Shown here in pieces: positions 1 through 10,129 of a stretch of DNA of 64,000 nucleotides; within the stretch, counting starts at the first letter, position 1, and the number at the start of each line of letters is the position of its first letter. The translations under genes and the position numbers were made by a program. A model generated the notes under the pieces. That model had not been told where the DNA came from, did no database searches, and was given only the letters and a program-made list of their open reading frames with translations. Source of the stretch: an uncultured Eubacteriales bacterium (GTDB taxonomy: Bacteria; Bacillota; Clostridia; Oscillospirales; Oscillospiraceae). The stretch covers positions 4,285 to 68,284 of the forward strand of contig UQXI01000007.1 of the NCBI GenBank assembly GCA_900544975.1, read 5' to 3'.

Positions 1-450
1 CCGCCGGTTTATGATTAGAAGTTCTGATCCAGAATGGTCAGGAGCTTGGCCATCTGGGCACGGGTGAGCGTTTTGCCGGGACGGAGGGTGCCGTCTCCAT
101 AGCCTTCGAAGAATCCTTCTGCAACCGCCCAGCTCATAGCAGTCTTCGCATAAGAATGGACTGCTTCCCCGTCTATATAGGCCTTCAGGTCTGCGCCCTG
201 AATCGGTTCCTGTTTCAGGTACAGGGTGACATACCGGTATAGGAACGTGGCCGCCTGCTCCCGCGTGACGGTTCCCTCGGGGGCAAAGATGGTGGTGGTC
301 ATACCCTGCACAATGCCCAGATCTTCCGCCCAAGCCACAGCATCGGTATAGTAACGTCCCTCCTTCACATCGGTGAAGGTCGCAGGCTCGGTCACTTCCG
401 GCGTGCCTGCCAGGCGGTACAGCGTGGTCACCAGCTGGCCCCGGGTGAGG
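1..450. repeat. Direct repeat: 450 bp identical to 10313..10762 (3' coding end/SLH module plus 14 nt downstream of both giant protease genes); may extend left of window
   Basis: Base-by-base comparison of window positions 1-450 with 10313-10762 shows identity. Divergence begins after ccgggtgagg (450 / 10762). Confidence 0.9.
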
Positions 451-3400
451 TTCCCCTCCGGGGCGAAATGGGTCTTGTCCATGCCGTTCATCAGCTCATG
501 GGCAATGACATAATCGGTATACTCGTGATACCACTGCGCTGTATTCAGGTCCACAAACGCCTTGCTGGGGCAATGGGCGGGAATGGTCTGGCCCTGTTTC
601 ACAACTTCGCCGCAAACCGTACAGACCTCATCGCCGGTGTAACCATCTTCGGTGCAGGTGGCTTCCCTGGCGTTCCGCAGTTCGGTTTCCCCATGGCCCA
701 GAGGCGCAGTGAAATGATCGTGGTACTCATAGCCGCAGACCGTACAGACATACTCGTCGCAACCGGAGGTGGTGCAGGTGGGGGCAACGACCGTCTTTTC
801 GTACTGGTGGCCCTTGGCGGAAATGTTCTCCTCCTTGGTCTCGCCGCAGACGGTACAGGTGTGCAGCATCACGCCCTCTTCGGCGCAACCAGGCTCCACC
901 TTGACGACGCCCTCGTCCCAGCTGTGGCCGGTGGCGGGAACGACCTCTCCCCGCTTTACAATCTCGCCGCAGACGGTGCAGACCTCGTCGCCGGTGTAAC
1001 CATCTTCCGTGCAGGTGGCTTCCTTGGCATTCCGGAGCTCGGTCTTGTGGCCCAGAGCGGGAACAATGGTATCCCGGTAACTCAGGCCGCAGCGGCTGCA
1101 GTCGTGCTGGGTGTAGCCCTCTGCTGTGCAAGTGGGCTCCACAACCTTGCTTGTCAAATCGTGTCCCAGCGCCTTCATGACTTCGGTATAGGAGTCATCG
1201 CATTCTGCACAGGTCCAAACCTCATAGCCGTCGCTCTCACAAGTAGCGGCCTTGGAATCTGTAAGCTGATAGTTGTGCACATGGGCATTGACAAATGTCA
1301 GGCCGCTGTAGCTGTCTGTATACCGATAAGCGCCCTGCTGGGTCATCTCGCCAATGTAATCCACCACAGCCAACTCGCTGGTTTTGGGGTTCACGGTGTA
1401 CATGCGGTAGAAATTGCCGTTGCTCGTAAACAAGTGGTAGATGAGACCGGTGAGACTGTCGTAATACAGATCATGGCGACCGTCATCATCGCCGTAGGCG
1501 TTCATGGTTCTACCGGAAATGATGCTGGTGATGGTACCGGCTACCGGGTCCAGGGCATAATAGTATTGCTCGAAGGTTTCATAGAAGTAGATGACCCCAT
1601 CATCGCCCACCGTCAGAGCGTTGACGAAATTGTGATGGTTAAACGTGTACAGCGGCTCCAGAACACCAGTTTCCAGATTTACAATGTAAATGGCAGAGCC
1701 GTTGGTGAACTCCTGCACCTGGCCGTAGCTGTTGAAGCCATAGCGGGTGCCCAGGGCCACCAGGCGGTCGTTGGCCTTGTCATAGGCCAGGTCACGTACC
1801 ACAAACTCTGTCACACCCTGATCCGGAAGCAGCTTGACATGGGTCATAACCGTCTCGGCATCGGCAATGACTGTGCGTTGGAAAGTCTCGGTATCCAGAG
1901 AGAAGAAATTGTTCTCCTCATCGAAGCCATAAACCACATCATCGATGGAGGCGATGGCGGTGGGGATGGACTCCTCAACCCCCTCAGTCAGGTTGGTGAC
2001 CTGGGTCACATCACTTCGGCTGATGTGGGCCCACCCCTGATCCGTCACATTGTAGGTCAGGAAGCTGGCATCGGCATGGAGGACAGAAACCACGCAGGTG
2101 CGCTCTATGGTGCGGGAACCATCGGTGACAGAAGCTGTGATGTTGGCAACGCCCATAGAAACAGCGGTGATGACGCCGTTCTCGTCCACCGTGGCAACCT
2201 TTTCGTTGGAGGAAGACCAGGTGACCCGATCTGTCAGGGGCATGGGCAGAGCCACAGCAGTCAGGGCCTGGGTGGCGCCTTCCGTCAAAATGACCTTCTC
2301 CGCACTGAGGAACAGGTTTTTCAGCGCATAGGTCACCGGCTCTTGGGGAACATGTTCGGACATGGTGAATAGGCCCATAACCTCCAGCATCTCCCCACCG
2401 GGACCAATGGTACCCAAGGAAGTGGACTCGCCAGTTTTGGGATCCAACAATCCGAGAGTGCCGTAGTTCGTCCAGTAGATGATGTCATTTTCGTAGTCGT
2501 AAGACATAGAGCCCACGCCGAAGGAGAAATAGCCGCTCTCAGTTAGCAGCTCGCAGGTTTCCGCTCCGGGGTCAATGACATAGATGCTGCTGGTGCCAAG
2601 CTCGGCGGCGTACAGCTTTCCATCGGGGCCTGCAGTCACGCTCATGAATGTCTGCTCGGTCTCCATAATCTTGGTCAACAAACCGGTCTTCAAGTCCACA
2701 ATATACACCGCCTCACCGCCCGTGGGGCCGCCCACAGCGAAAGCCGTGGAAGTGGTGTAATCATACGTCATGTCGTGGAGATCGGGGAATCCGGCGGGCA
2801 TGCTCAGGACCTGCTCTGCCACAAAGGTTTTGGGATCCAGGACGTAGAAGTTCCACATACTGTCGCTCCACTCCGTGGGATCGATGCCATAGGCGTAGAC
2901 CTTTCCATCATAGGATTCCTGGGCGTAGATCATATCGCTGGATCTAGCCAGTAGCTCCGGCTCTCTGGAATTTGCAGTGGGAATCTTGATCCAGCTGGAA
3001 TTATTGGCTAGGAAGCCATAGACCTCCGATGCAGCTTGAATGACCTCAACTTCCATACTGACGCTCCAGGTATTCTTGCTGACCTGGTCCGTCACCGCGC
3101 AGGTAATGGTGGTCTTGCCGGGGCTCAGGGCTTCTACCAACCCATTCCCATTCACGGCAGCCACATTGGGATCTGCGCTGGCCCATTCCATGGTATAGCC
3201 GTTGGCGTTGGCGGGCGCAATGGACAGTTGAGGGATGAACGCACATCCGACCACGGTCTGCTTGCTGGAAAGGCTCATGGAAACCTCCTCAACCGCCACA
3301 GGAGCTAGCGCAGGGATGTTTTCTGGAATGGTATACATCCCCACAAACTCAAAGGTGCCCGTGCCGGTGGGATCCCCTACAGGAACAATATAGGGGGTCT

Positions 3401-6400
3401 GTGCATTGTGGCCGATCCAGGCAATGGTGCGGTATTCAGGAGTAGCCCAGATCAGAACATCGTTGGCATAGTCATAGCACATGGACTGCACGTAGCTCAG
3501 GTTGCCCAGGTTTTCCAGAATCAGCTCATATCCCAGATTGCTGCCATCCACATGCAGCTTCAGCAGTTCCCCTGCGGTGGCAATGGAATACAGCTGCCCT
3601 TCCCCATCACAGGCCAGCGTCCACAGCGTGGGGCCGTAGCCATAAGCCACTTGAGTCAACTCACCGGTCTTCAGGTTGGCAGAATACAGGGCTCCATCAT
3701 CTACGGCATACATGGTACCGGTGGTGTAGTCATAGGCCATATCGCTGGGGTAAGAGCTCTGGGCCGCACCCACGGCGATGCACTCGCCGGTCTTCATATC
3801 ATAGCGGTAGAGCTGGCCCGTCTCAGAATAGCCGTAGAAGTAGCCATCGTGACCGTTGTAGTCGCCAGCAATGAAGTCCACAGGGACATCCGCCAGGGAC
3901 TGATAGGTCATGCTCTCCAGGTCCACCTGGATCATATCACCGTAGCTGCCGGTGCCGTTGTAGTAATCATAGGCAAAGAAGCTACCGGCAATCTGAATCG
4001 CAATCACTTGGCAAGTAGCCGTCCGGTCACCGCAGTGCGCGGTAATGGTGGCATCGCCTGCGCCCACAACGGTCACCACGCCACGGTCCACCGTTGCAAC
4101 CGCCTCATTGCTGGAGGTCCAGGTGACCTCTGTCAGCTCTGCATTCCAGGGGATGGGATTGACCTTCAGCTCCGCCGTATCGCCCACGCGCAACTGCAAA
4201 TTCGTGTGATCCAGCCAAATGGAGGTGACCTCGGTGGATGCCGGGATCTGATACTCTGTCTCGTTCAAGGTCAGAAGACCCACCAACTCATTGTCAGACT
4301 GGTAAGACTGGCCAGCGGCGGAGACGTTGCCGAAGACCGTGTGAGTGTAAGCATAGCCGTCAGCCGGGTCAATGGTCAAAAGCTCAGAGACATTGCCACT
4401 GGCCTTGCCGCGGAAATACGCCCAGTAGATTTTCCCATCGGCAATCGTCATGGATTGGGCATAGTTGGGGCTCAGATTGGCGCCGGTGTAGTCCAGGAAG
4501 GTGATGGCCTTGCCGTCCTCACCAGTGACTGCCTTCATAGCCCAGGTCTCTCGATCCACAATAAAGAGGTTGGCGCTGGTGTAGCGGTTGGCATACATCA
4601 CGCCTTCGTCAGAAATGGCAATGTTGTACAGGCCGAATGTCTGGTAGCCGTAGTTTTTCAGCATCGTCAGTTCGCCGGTTAGCAGGTCTACAGACTGCAG
4701 CTCAGTCATGGCGGAGCCGCCTCGTCTGGTCACCATGTACATGGTATCTGTGGTGTCATCAAAAGCCATGTCCACAACGGGCACGCCCAGGTTGGTGATG
4801 ACCGTGCGGTTCCACAGGCCAGGCTCCATCACCAGGAAGTCGTTGTTTGCATCCACCGCAAAGATTTTGCCGCCAGCATATTCCGCAGCCGTCAGGGCGT
4901 AGGTTTCCAGACGGTCATTGGTCAAGCTCTTGACCCAGGTGACGTTGTCCGCATCGGGCGTCTTTGCAAACTGGACCCAGCCGTACATGTCATCCCTGGC
5001 AATGCCCTGGTCATGAACGCGATAGGCATACAGAAGGTCCGTGTCCAGCTCGGGCATATTACCGTCCCCGGCAGAAACATAGGTCAGCTGATATGCGCTC
5101 TCGTTGGCAGCATAGTCACCCAGACTCAGGCGGAATTCCGTGCCCAGGCCGGTGATGTCGAAGGTAACCACGCAGTTCCCTTCCGCATTGGTTTCAAAGG
5201 AAGAAGCCTCCCGCAAAATCCGGGTGCCGGTGGTGTTCATCAGCCGGGCGATGGCCAGATCCACCTCATCCGCAACCTCCACGGTCAGATAGTACTTGCC
5301 ATTGTCCTGGGTCTCCTGGGGATTCCCCAACAGCTCAGGAGCATTGGTGTCTACCGTGATGGGAATTTCCAAAACATGATCGCCGCCATTGCCATAGTCT
5401 AAGGCGCCCTGGATGGTCAGCAGAACCTTCGTGCCACTGGGTAGCCCTGAGAAGTCAAACAGGTTCCTACCATACCAGGAGTAAATCCAAGGGATCGTCT
5501 GGCCAACAGCAGAACGGTAAACCGTCTTGCTGGCGTTACCGATGGTCTCCCGCTGGACCACTTCCCCATCCACGGTATATGTAAAGGTCAGTGTCTTGGC
5601 GTTACGCATCAGCGACAGGTAAATTTCACTGATGTCATCGAGCATGCCATCGCCGTTGGGAGAGAGGGAGTTGTGAGCGGGATCATACACAATTTTTCCG
5701 TCCTCGCCCAGGGCGGGGGCCACGTAGGGGTTCAAACCCAGAACCCAGTCTTGATTGCCCAGGCTCGTCCATACCACGTTGTAATACTCGTTGGCATCGG
5801 GCAAGCCGTCGGAAGACGGGAGACCGAAGAAGCCGTTATCATACCAGAAGCCACTGTCAAACACAGGCGCATCTGTCCAGTCTCCATAGAAGCCCAGGTA
5901 GGGCAGACTCAGATCAACGCCGTCTTCGGCTTCGTTGGTCAGGTATACAAAGCCCTCCACATAGATGCCGTTTTCAAAGTGCTCGTCCATCCAGACTTTG
6001 TCTTCCTCGGATAGCTGGACCGTCACAGTGACATTGGCAATGCCGCCGGCAGGCACAACCACGGTATCCTTGTCGAAGGTGACAGAGCCGCTGAGGGCCC
6101 GGTCCTGCCCGGCCATGAAGTCGATTCCGCCGGTATTGGTCACATCCTCCGTCAGCAGACTGGCAGACAGGGTGTAGCGTTTTTCAGCTTGGGAGAAGTT
6201 GTGCACCTCAAAGCTGAAGACATACGAACCGGCGCCGTGATCGCCCAGGGAGACCTTGGGCTTATGGCCGCCTACGGTCAGGTAGGCTTCGGAGGTGACG
6301 GCGGACAAGGCGTTCACCAGGCCGGAGCCCTGCTGCCGGGGGGAAGCCTCCACCTTGGACGCGCTGCCGACAACTGGCTCGGCGGTACTCATCAGCAGAG

Positions 6401-8486
6401 CCTCCGCCATGCTCCGGAGAGAACCATCGGGGGCATCGGGATACTTCTCATGCAAGTACTCCATCACCAAGGCGGCAATTCCGGCGATTTGCGGAGTGGC
6501 CATAGAGGTGCCGCTCATCACATCGTACTGGCCCCGGTCCACAGTGGAGTACACGTTGCCGCCAACGGCGGTGATATCCGGCGCCAGGGTCAGGTTGGGA
6601 GCAACGCCCCAGGAGGAGAAGGAACTGATCTGGCCGCCAATGACAGAGGCCACAATGCCCTGCTCCGCAGAAACTGTCAGCTTCTTGGTCCCGGCAGCAG
6701 CCATGGCCTCCCCATCGGCCTTGCTAATGGAGACGGCGGGCACACGGCCAGAAACGCCCTCCGGCAGGGCTCCCGTGGCGCCATCGGTCATGTCCATGGC
6801 GATCAGCTCGGCGTTGTCGGAATTGTCGTAAACGATCAACCCCACCGCACCCGCAGCCTCAGCATTGGCCAGCTTTTGGGAGAAGGGGATGCTGCCACGC
6901 TGCGCCACAGCCACCTTGCCGGTCAGGTCCAGGCCCTGGAAATCCTGAGCCTCGCCCACGCCTGGAATCATCACATACTCCAATTCGCCCAGCCTTGCCA
7001 GGGAGTCGAAGGTCACAGACAGGCCCCGGGACTCGGTGTAGGCCACCTCGGCCTCGCCGTAGGTGAAATACGGGGACATACCGTAGGCGTTGTTGGCGCT
7101 GGCTACGGCGGTGGCGTTGGGGCAGACGGCGGGGGAACCAATGGTGGCATTGTCCGGGTGGGCTGTGGGGTTCTTGTTGGTGCCCCACAGATTATTGGCG
7201 GCGCTGGTGCCGTCATTGCCGGCGGCAACGGCCACAATGATATCCTGAGAAGCAATGCGCTGGTAAATGAGATCCAACTCCGTATTGCTGGAAGTGAAGC
7301 CTGCCGTGGAGCCCAGGGACAGGTTGGCAACGTCGCAGCCCAGGGTCATTGCGTCTTCCAATGCGGCGACAATATCATCAGAGACGCCGGCTCTAGTCGC
7401 TCCGAACACCTTCATCACAATGACTTGTGCATCGGGCGCCATACCTACCACCTCGGTCCCCTCCACGTTGGCGTTGGCGGCAGCTATGCCCGCTACGTGG
7501 GTGCCGTGGTCACCCTGGCTATCTCTGGAATGGTCGGTCACTAGATTGCTGTCAGAATAGTTAAAGGCAAAGGGCGTCTTGGGGCTGTAGTACAGCTCTT
7601 CCGCAGTCAGCTTGCCGTTCATCCTGCGATAGGCATTGAGATCTCCCAGGACCGCCGCAATGTCTGCGGTTGTCATGGAGTTGTCATTGGCCTCCGGGGC
7701 AGCGGCAAAGGACTTGTGGTCCATATCCAAGCCGGTATCAATCACGGCGATCTTCATGCCGGTGCCGGTGTAGCCCAGCTCCTCGGCCCAGACAGCGGGA
7801 ACCCCCACCATCTGGCCACTGGAGGCCGTCAAGGGACGGACGTCAGATGTGCCAGTCTCAACAGGCTGATACACAGGGGCCAGGAACACGCTCTTGACGC
7901 CATCCAGGGCGGCAATCTCCTCCAGATTCTGGAACTCCGTATCAATGGAAAAGGCGTTGGTCAGGTACGTAAACTGGTAGCGAACCGCCAGCTCCTCGCC
8001 CTCCAAAACGCAGTCCTCAATGGAGGCAATCACCGCATCCTGCTTCTGGAGCATCCGCTTCTCCGCAGCCGGAGAGACCTGATGAATCGAAGCGTAGGCG
8101 TCTGCCAGGGCGGCGTCCTCCATCACAACAAACGCTGTGACACGCTCGCCCGGATCAAACTCCTCTGCCGCCTTACGCAGCTCCTCTATGCACCCAGGGG
8201 CAACAGTCTGGTGCAAAGATGGGGAAGCATCCTTCTCCAAAGCAGTGGCAACCCAGGCGCCGCCTTCTACTTTCGAGGCCACCGGCTCCAAGGGATTGGT
8301 CTTCAGTGTCTTGGGAACCACGGGCTCGGTTTCCTCCGCCATGGTAGCGGGGGATTCTGCGCTTGGCGTCACCTGTGTGGTTGTCACACTGTCCGGACCT
8401 ACGGTCGTTGCGTGGACCGCTGGAGACAGGATGCTGAAAACCATACAGAGTACCAAGAGCATGGACAGCAGATGTTTGTTTTTCAT
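15..8486 (-). CDS. Giant secreted subtilisin-like (peptidase S8) cell-envelope protease with PA-domain insert, beta-propeller-like repeats, Big_2 domains, Cys-rich repeat modules and three C-terminal SLH (S-layer homology) domains
   Basis: ORF track 15..8654. A signal peptide (MKNKHLLSMLLVLCMVFSILSPAVHA) starts at the ATG at 8486, preceded by GGAGGA. S8 catalytic motifs are present: DTGLD (Asp), HGTHVAG (His) and GTSMATPQIAG (Ser). There are repeated YDYTTGTMY...LKTGEL propeller-like units and Big_2-like segments. About 7 repeats of A-T-C-T-E-D-G-Y-x-G-D-E-V-C-T-V-C-G-E...G-H follow, and the C-terminus has 3 SLH domains (FxDxxxxxWY...). Confidence 0.85.
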   Translation of the reverse strand: MKNKHLLSMLLVLCMVFSILSPAVHATTVGPDSVTTTQVTPSAESPATMAEETEPVVPKTLKTNPLEPVASKVEGGAWVATALEKDASPSLHQTVAPGCIEELRKAAEEFDPGERVTAFVVMEDAALADAYASIHQVSPAAEKRMLQKQDAVIASIEDCVLEGEELAVRYQFTYLTNAFSIDTEFQNLEEIAALDGVKSVFLAPVYQPVETGTSDVRPLTASSGQMVGVPAVWAEELGYTGTGMKIAVIDTGLDMDHKSFAAAPEANDNSMTTADIAAVLGDLNAYRRMNGKLTAEELYYSPKTPFAFNYSDSNLVTDHSRDSQGDHGTHVAGIAAANANVEGTEVVGMAPDAQVIVMKVFGATRAGVSDDIVAALEDAMTLGCDVANLSLGSTAGFTSSNTELDLIYQRIASQDIIVAVAAGNDGTSAANNLWGTNKNPTAHPDNATIGSPAVCPNATAVASANNAYGMSPYFTYGEAEVAYTESRGLSVTFDSLARLGELEYVMIPGVGEAQDFQGLDLTGKVAVAQRGSIPFSQKLANAEAAGAVGLIVYDNSDNAELIAMDMTDGATGALPEGVSGRVPAVSISKADGEAMAAAGTKKLTVSAEQGIVASVIGGQISSFSSWGVAPNLTLAPDITAVGGNVYSTVDRGQYDVMSGTSMATPQIAGIAALVMEYLHEKYPDAPDGSLRSMAEALLMSTAEPVVGSASKVEASPRQQGSGLVNALSAVTSEAYLTVGGHKPKVSLGDHGAGSYVFSFEVHNFSQAEKRYTLSASLLTEDVTNTGGIDFMAGQDRALSGSVTFDKDTVVVPAGGIANVTVTVQLSEEDKVWMDEHFENGIYVEGFVYLTNEAEDGVDLSLPYLGFYGDWTDAPVFDSGFWYDNGFFGLPSSDGLPDANEYYNVVWTSLGNQDWVLGLNPYVAPALGEDGKIVYDPAHNSLSPNGDGMLDDISEIYLSLMRNAKTLTFTYTVDGEVVQRETIGNASKTVYRSAVGQTIPWIYSWYGRNLFDFSGLPSGTKVLLTIQGALDYGNGGDHVLEIPITVDTNAPELLGNPQETQDNGKYYLTVEVADEVDLAIARLMNTTGTRILREASSFETNAEGNCVVTFDITGLGTEFRLSLGDYAANESAYQLTYVSAGDGNMPELDTDLLYAYRVHDQGIARDDMYGWVQFAKTPDADNVTWVKSLTNDRLETYALTAAEYAGGKIFAVDANNDFLVMEPGLWNRTVITNLGVPVVDMAFDDTTDTMYMVTRRGGSAMTELQSVDLLTGELTMLKNYGYQTFGLYNIAISDEGVMYANRYTSANLFIVDRETWAMKAVTGEDGKAITFLDYTGANLSPNYAQSMTIADGKIYWAYFRGKASGNVSELLTIDPADGYAYTHTVFGNVSAAGQSYQSDNELVGLLTLNETEYQIPASTEVTSIWLDHTNLQLRVGDTAELKVNPIPWNAELTEVTWTSSNEAVATVDRGVVTVVGAGDATITAHCGDRTATCQVIAIQIAGSFFAYDYYNGTGSYGDMIQVDLESMTYQSLADVPVDFIAGDYNGHDGYFYGYSETGQLYRYDMKTGECIAVGAAQSSYPSDMAYDYTTGTMYAVDDGALYSANLKTGELTQVAYGYGPTLWTLACDGEGQLYSIATAGELLKLHVDGSNLGYELILENLGNLSYVQSMCYDYANDVLIWATPEYRTIAWIGHNAQTPYIVPVGDPTGTGTFEFVGMYTIPENIPALAPVAVEEVSMSLSSKQTVVGCAFIPQLSIAPANANGYTMEWASADPNVAAVNGNGLVEALSPGKTTITCAVTDQVSKNTWSVSMEVEVIQAASEVYGFLANNSSWIKIPTANSREPELLARSSDMIYAQESYDGKVYAYGIDPTEWSDSMWNFYVLDPKTFVAEQVLSMPAGFPDLHDMTYDYTTSTAFAVGGPTGGEAVYIVDLKTGLLTKIMETEQTFMSVTAGPDGKLYAAELGTSSIYVIDPGAETCELLTESGYFSFGVGSMSYDYENDIIYWTNYGTLGLLDPKTGESTSLGTIGPGGEMLEVMGLFTMSEHVPQEPVTYALKNLFLSAEKVILTEGATQALTAVALPMPLTDRVTWSSSNEKVATVDENGVITAVSMGVANITASVTDGSRTIERTCVVSVLHADASFLTYNVTDQGWAHISRSDVTQVTNLTEGVEESIPTAIASIDDVVYGFDEENNFFSLDTETFQRTVIADAETVMTHVKLLPDQGVTEFVVRDLAYDKANDRLVALGTRYGFNSYGQVQEFTNGSAIYIVNLETGVLEPLYTFNHHNFVNALTVGDDGVIYFYETFEQYYYALDPVAGTITSIISGRTMNAYGDDDGRHDLYYDSLTGLIYHLFTSNGNFYRMYTVNPKTSELAVVDYIGEMTQQGAYRYTDSYSGLTFVNAHVHNYQLTDSKAATCESDGYEVWTCAECDDSYTEVMKALGHDLTSKVVEPTCTAEGYTQHDCSRCGLSYRDTIVPALGHKTELRNAKEATCTEDGYTGDEVCTVCGEIVKRGEVVPATGHSWDEGVVKVEPGCAEEGVMLHTCTVCGETKEENISAKGHQYEKTVVAPTCTTSGCDEYVCTVCGYEYHDHFTAPLGHGETELRNAREATCTEDGYTGDEVCTVCGEVVKQGQTIPAHCPSKAFVDLNTAQWYHEYTDYVIAHELMNGMDKTHFAPEGNLTRGQLVTTLYRLAGTPEVTEPATFTDVKEGRYYTDAVAWAEDLGIVQGMTTTIFAPEGTVTREQAATFLYRYVTLYLKQEPIQGADLKAYIDGEAVHSYAKTAMSWAVAEGFFEGYGDGTLRPGKTLTRAQMAKLLTILDQNF

Positions 8487-8697
8487 ATGTATCCTCCTCG
8501 CGAATTTGTTTGTAAAACACTGAATTTTCCTCAGCGTTTTGCCACAACCGCTGTGCAAAAATTCAAGCCTTACCGTTTTCAAGCTCCAGAGTTTCCAAAG
8601 TAGGCATCCCCATTGGAATTTGCTTGCGCCGTCTGCTGAGAACCTGGACTGCAACTAAATGGCAGTTTTATTGTAGCACAGTTTAATCCGGAAAGAT

Positions 8698-8737
8698 ACA
8701 CGGCAGTTTTGGCAATTATCGCCAAAATCTGCCGTGT
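8698..8737 (-). terminator. Hairpin (16/17-bp stem, acacggcag(a)ttttggc ... gccaaaatctgccgtgt) just downstream of the regulator stop; probable intrinsic terminator
   Basis: Near-perfect inverted repeat 10 nt after the stop codon at 8747-8749. A U-rich tract follows on the minus strand (tatctttcc). Confidence 0.5.
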
Positions 8738-8746
8738 AAAGCCCCC

Positions 8747-9955
8747 CTATATTTTGTTGTTTAGGAAAATATACCGTATAAATTCATGGGCCTGCTGGTA
8801 CTGCCGGTTGGCAACATACCACTCATCCAGCCACCCCGCATGAAACCGGACAAAGCTCATAGGCAGCTGCTTCTTCGTATTTTGGAAATAGGCCTGGAGA
8901 ATGCGCCCGTATTCAGGGTTTTTGAGATAGTTGGAGTCATCCAGCCGGAGCTGCACCAGCCGGCACATCTGAGAGAAGACCTCTCTGGCCTGGTCGGGGG
9001 TACCAGGCAGCGCCTTCAGCGGAGCCGTCTGCGCCTGCTCCAGGGCCTGTTGCACCTTTTCCCGCTTCCCCAGCCGCTCGTAGCAGATCGCCAGCTTGTG
9101 AAAATACATGGCCTCGTTCCAGGGTGTGCTCAGCAGGTGATATAAGGCATCCTCCGTCAGTCCCACTTGCAGCTCTGTGGTGGCCAGGTTGTAGGTAATG
9201 ACCTCCATGAGATCCTTCCGCCCCAGGCTTCTAGCCATACGGATGGCATCTGCGTAATGCTCCCGGGCCTGCTTTAGCTGGTTTAAGTTGCCGAAGCAGT
9301 TACCCAAAAAGATGCAGCACTGCATAATGATGTTTAAGCTGCGTTCCCGATAGGCCTGGTCCATCCCCCGCTGGAGATACACAATCGCATCGCCGTACTC
9401 CCCCTGCCAGAAGAACCGCTTCCCTGCCTCCAGGAGGAAATAGCTTCGGTCTGATCTCCGAAGCAGCTCCTGGAACCGCTCCGTAAGGCGCAGATACAGT
9501 TGGTACTGCCTTTCATCCATAGCCGGAACAAAATCCCTCACATCCTCGGGAGGAGACCCCTCGGTCAGCCAGGAGAGCAGCAGCCAGTCCAGAAAAAATG
9601 GGCTGTTCCCATATTCCTCCTGGCGCTGGGTCAGCGCTGGCCCTAGCTCCCGAATGCTTTCACCGGAAAACAGGCGGTCATACCATTCTTCAAACCAATT
9701 GGAGGTCTCCCGGCAGAACTCCGGCTCCTCCCTCCAATGGATGCCCAGGCGGCGAAGTAACAAAAGCAGCACCTCAGAGCTCCCCTCTGTCTTCCCCTGC
9801 TCAATCTTTGATAGATAGGATACGGCGCAAATTCCTTTGCACAGAGTCTCCTGAGACCAATCTGCTGCCTGCCGCCGCTTACGAATGAGAATTCCCTGCA
9901 ATCTCCGATTCACAATGTCTCCCCCACTTTCACAAAAGGCTCCCGTTTCTGTCAT
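8747..9955 (-). CDS. HTH_XRE + TPR-repeat transcriptional regulator (RNPP/Rgg/PlcR-like architecture)
   Basis: The N-terminal segment LQGILIRKRRQAADWSQETLCKGICAVSYLSKIEQGK is a typical Cro/C1-type HTH, and the remaining ~330 aa are alpha-helical TPR-like. The true start may be the GTG at 9913 (VNRRLQG...), which is preceded by GGGGGAG with 5-nt spacing. Confidence 0.8.
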   Translation of the reverse strand: MTETGAFCESGGDIVNRRLQGILIRKRRQAADWSQETLCKGICAVSYLSKIEQGKTEGSSEVLLLLLRRLGIHWREEPEFCRETSNWFEEWYDRLFSGESIRELGPALTQRQEEYGNSPFFLDWLLLSWLTEGSPPEDVRDFVPAMDERQYQLYLRLTERFQELLRRSDRSYFLLEAGKRFFWQGEYGDAIVYLQRGMDQAYRERSLNIIMQCCIFLGNCFGNLNQLKQAREHYADAIRMARSLGRKDLMEVITYNLATTELQVGLTEDALYHLLSTPWNEAMYFHKLAICYERLGKREKVQQALEQAQTAPLKALPGTPDQAREVFSQMCRLVQLRLDDSNYLKNPEYGRILQAYFQNTKKQLPMSFVRFHAGWLDEWYVANRQYQQAHEFIRYIFLNNKI

Positions 9956-9970
9956 GATACCACAGGCTCC

Positions 9971-10072
9971 CTACATGGTCTTGCCCATCTGGGCCTGGGT
10001 TTTCTTCAGGTCGGCCTCCTTTCTGCGGGCTTCCTTGGCCTTGTACTCCGATGTGTATGTCCTTCGTGTCAT
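9971..10072 (-). CDS. Candidate small ORF (33 aa, MTRRTYTSEYKAKEARRKEADLKKTQAQMGKTM), highly basic, immediately upstream of the XRE/TPR regulator
   Basis: The ATG at 10072 is preceded by AAAGGAGA at 7-nt spacing. Its stop lies 15 nt before the regulator ATG. It has no signal peptide and is not in the ORF track (<60 aa). Confidence 0.35.
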   Translation of the reverse strand: MTRRTYTSEYKAKEARRKEADLKKTQAQMGKTM

Positions 10073-10087
10073 GGTCTCGTCTCCTTT

Positions 10088-10129
10088 TTATTTGCCTGGT
10101 TCTGTAAAGGAGCAGCTACCCGCCTCCAT
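10088..10129 (-). CDS. Candidate leader-type micro-ORF (13 aa, MEAGSCSFTEPGK) directly upstream of the 33-aa ORF
   Basis: The ATG at 10129 is preceded by AAGGAGGG at 6-nt spacing. The TAA stop is followed directly by the SD of the next small ORF. Confidence 0.25.
   Translation of the reverse strand: MEAGSCSFTEPGK

Noticed and set aside
468-2372. 634-aa plus-strand ORF (and others at 3408..4682, 6189..7544, 5013..5402) inside protease 1
   Set aside because: Antisense to a gene with clear S8/SLH homology. The product is Gly/Ala/Val/Leu-rich low-complexity, typical of the opposite strand of a GC-rich coding region. There is no RBS.
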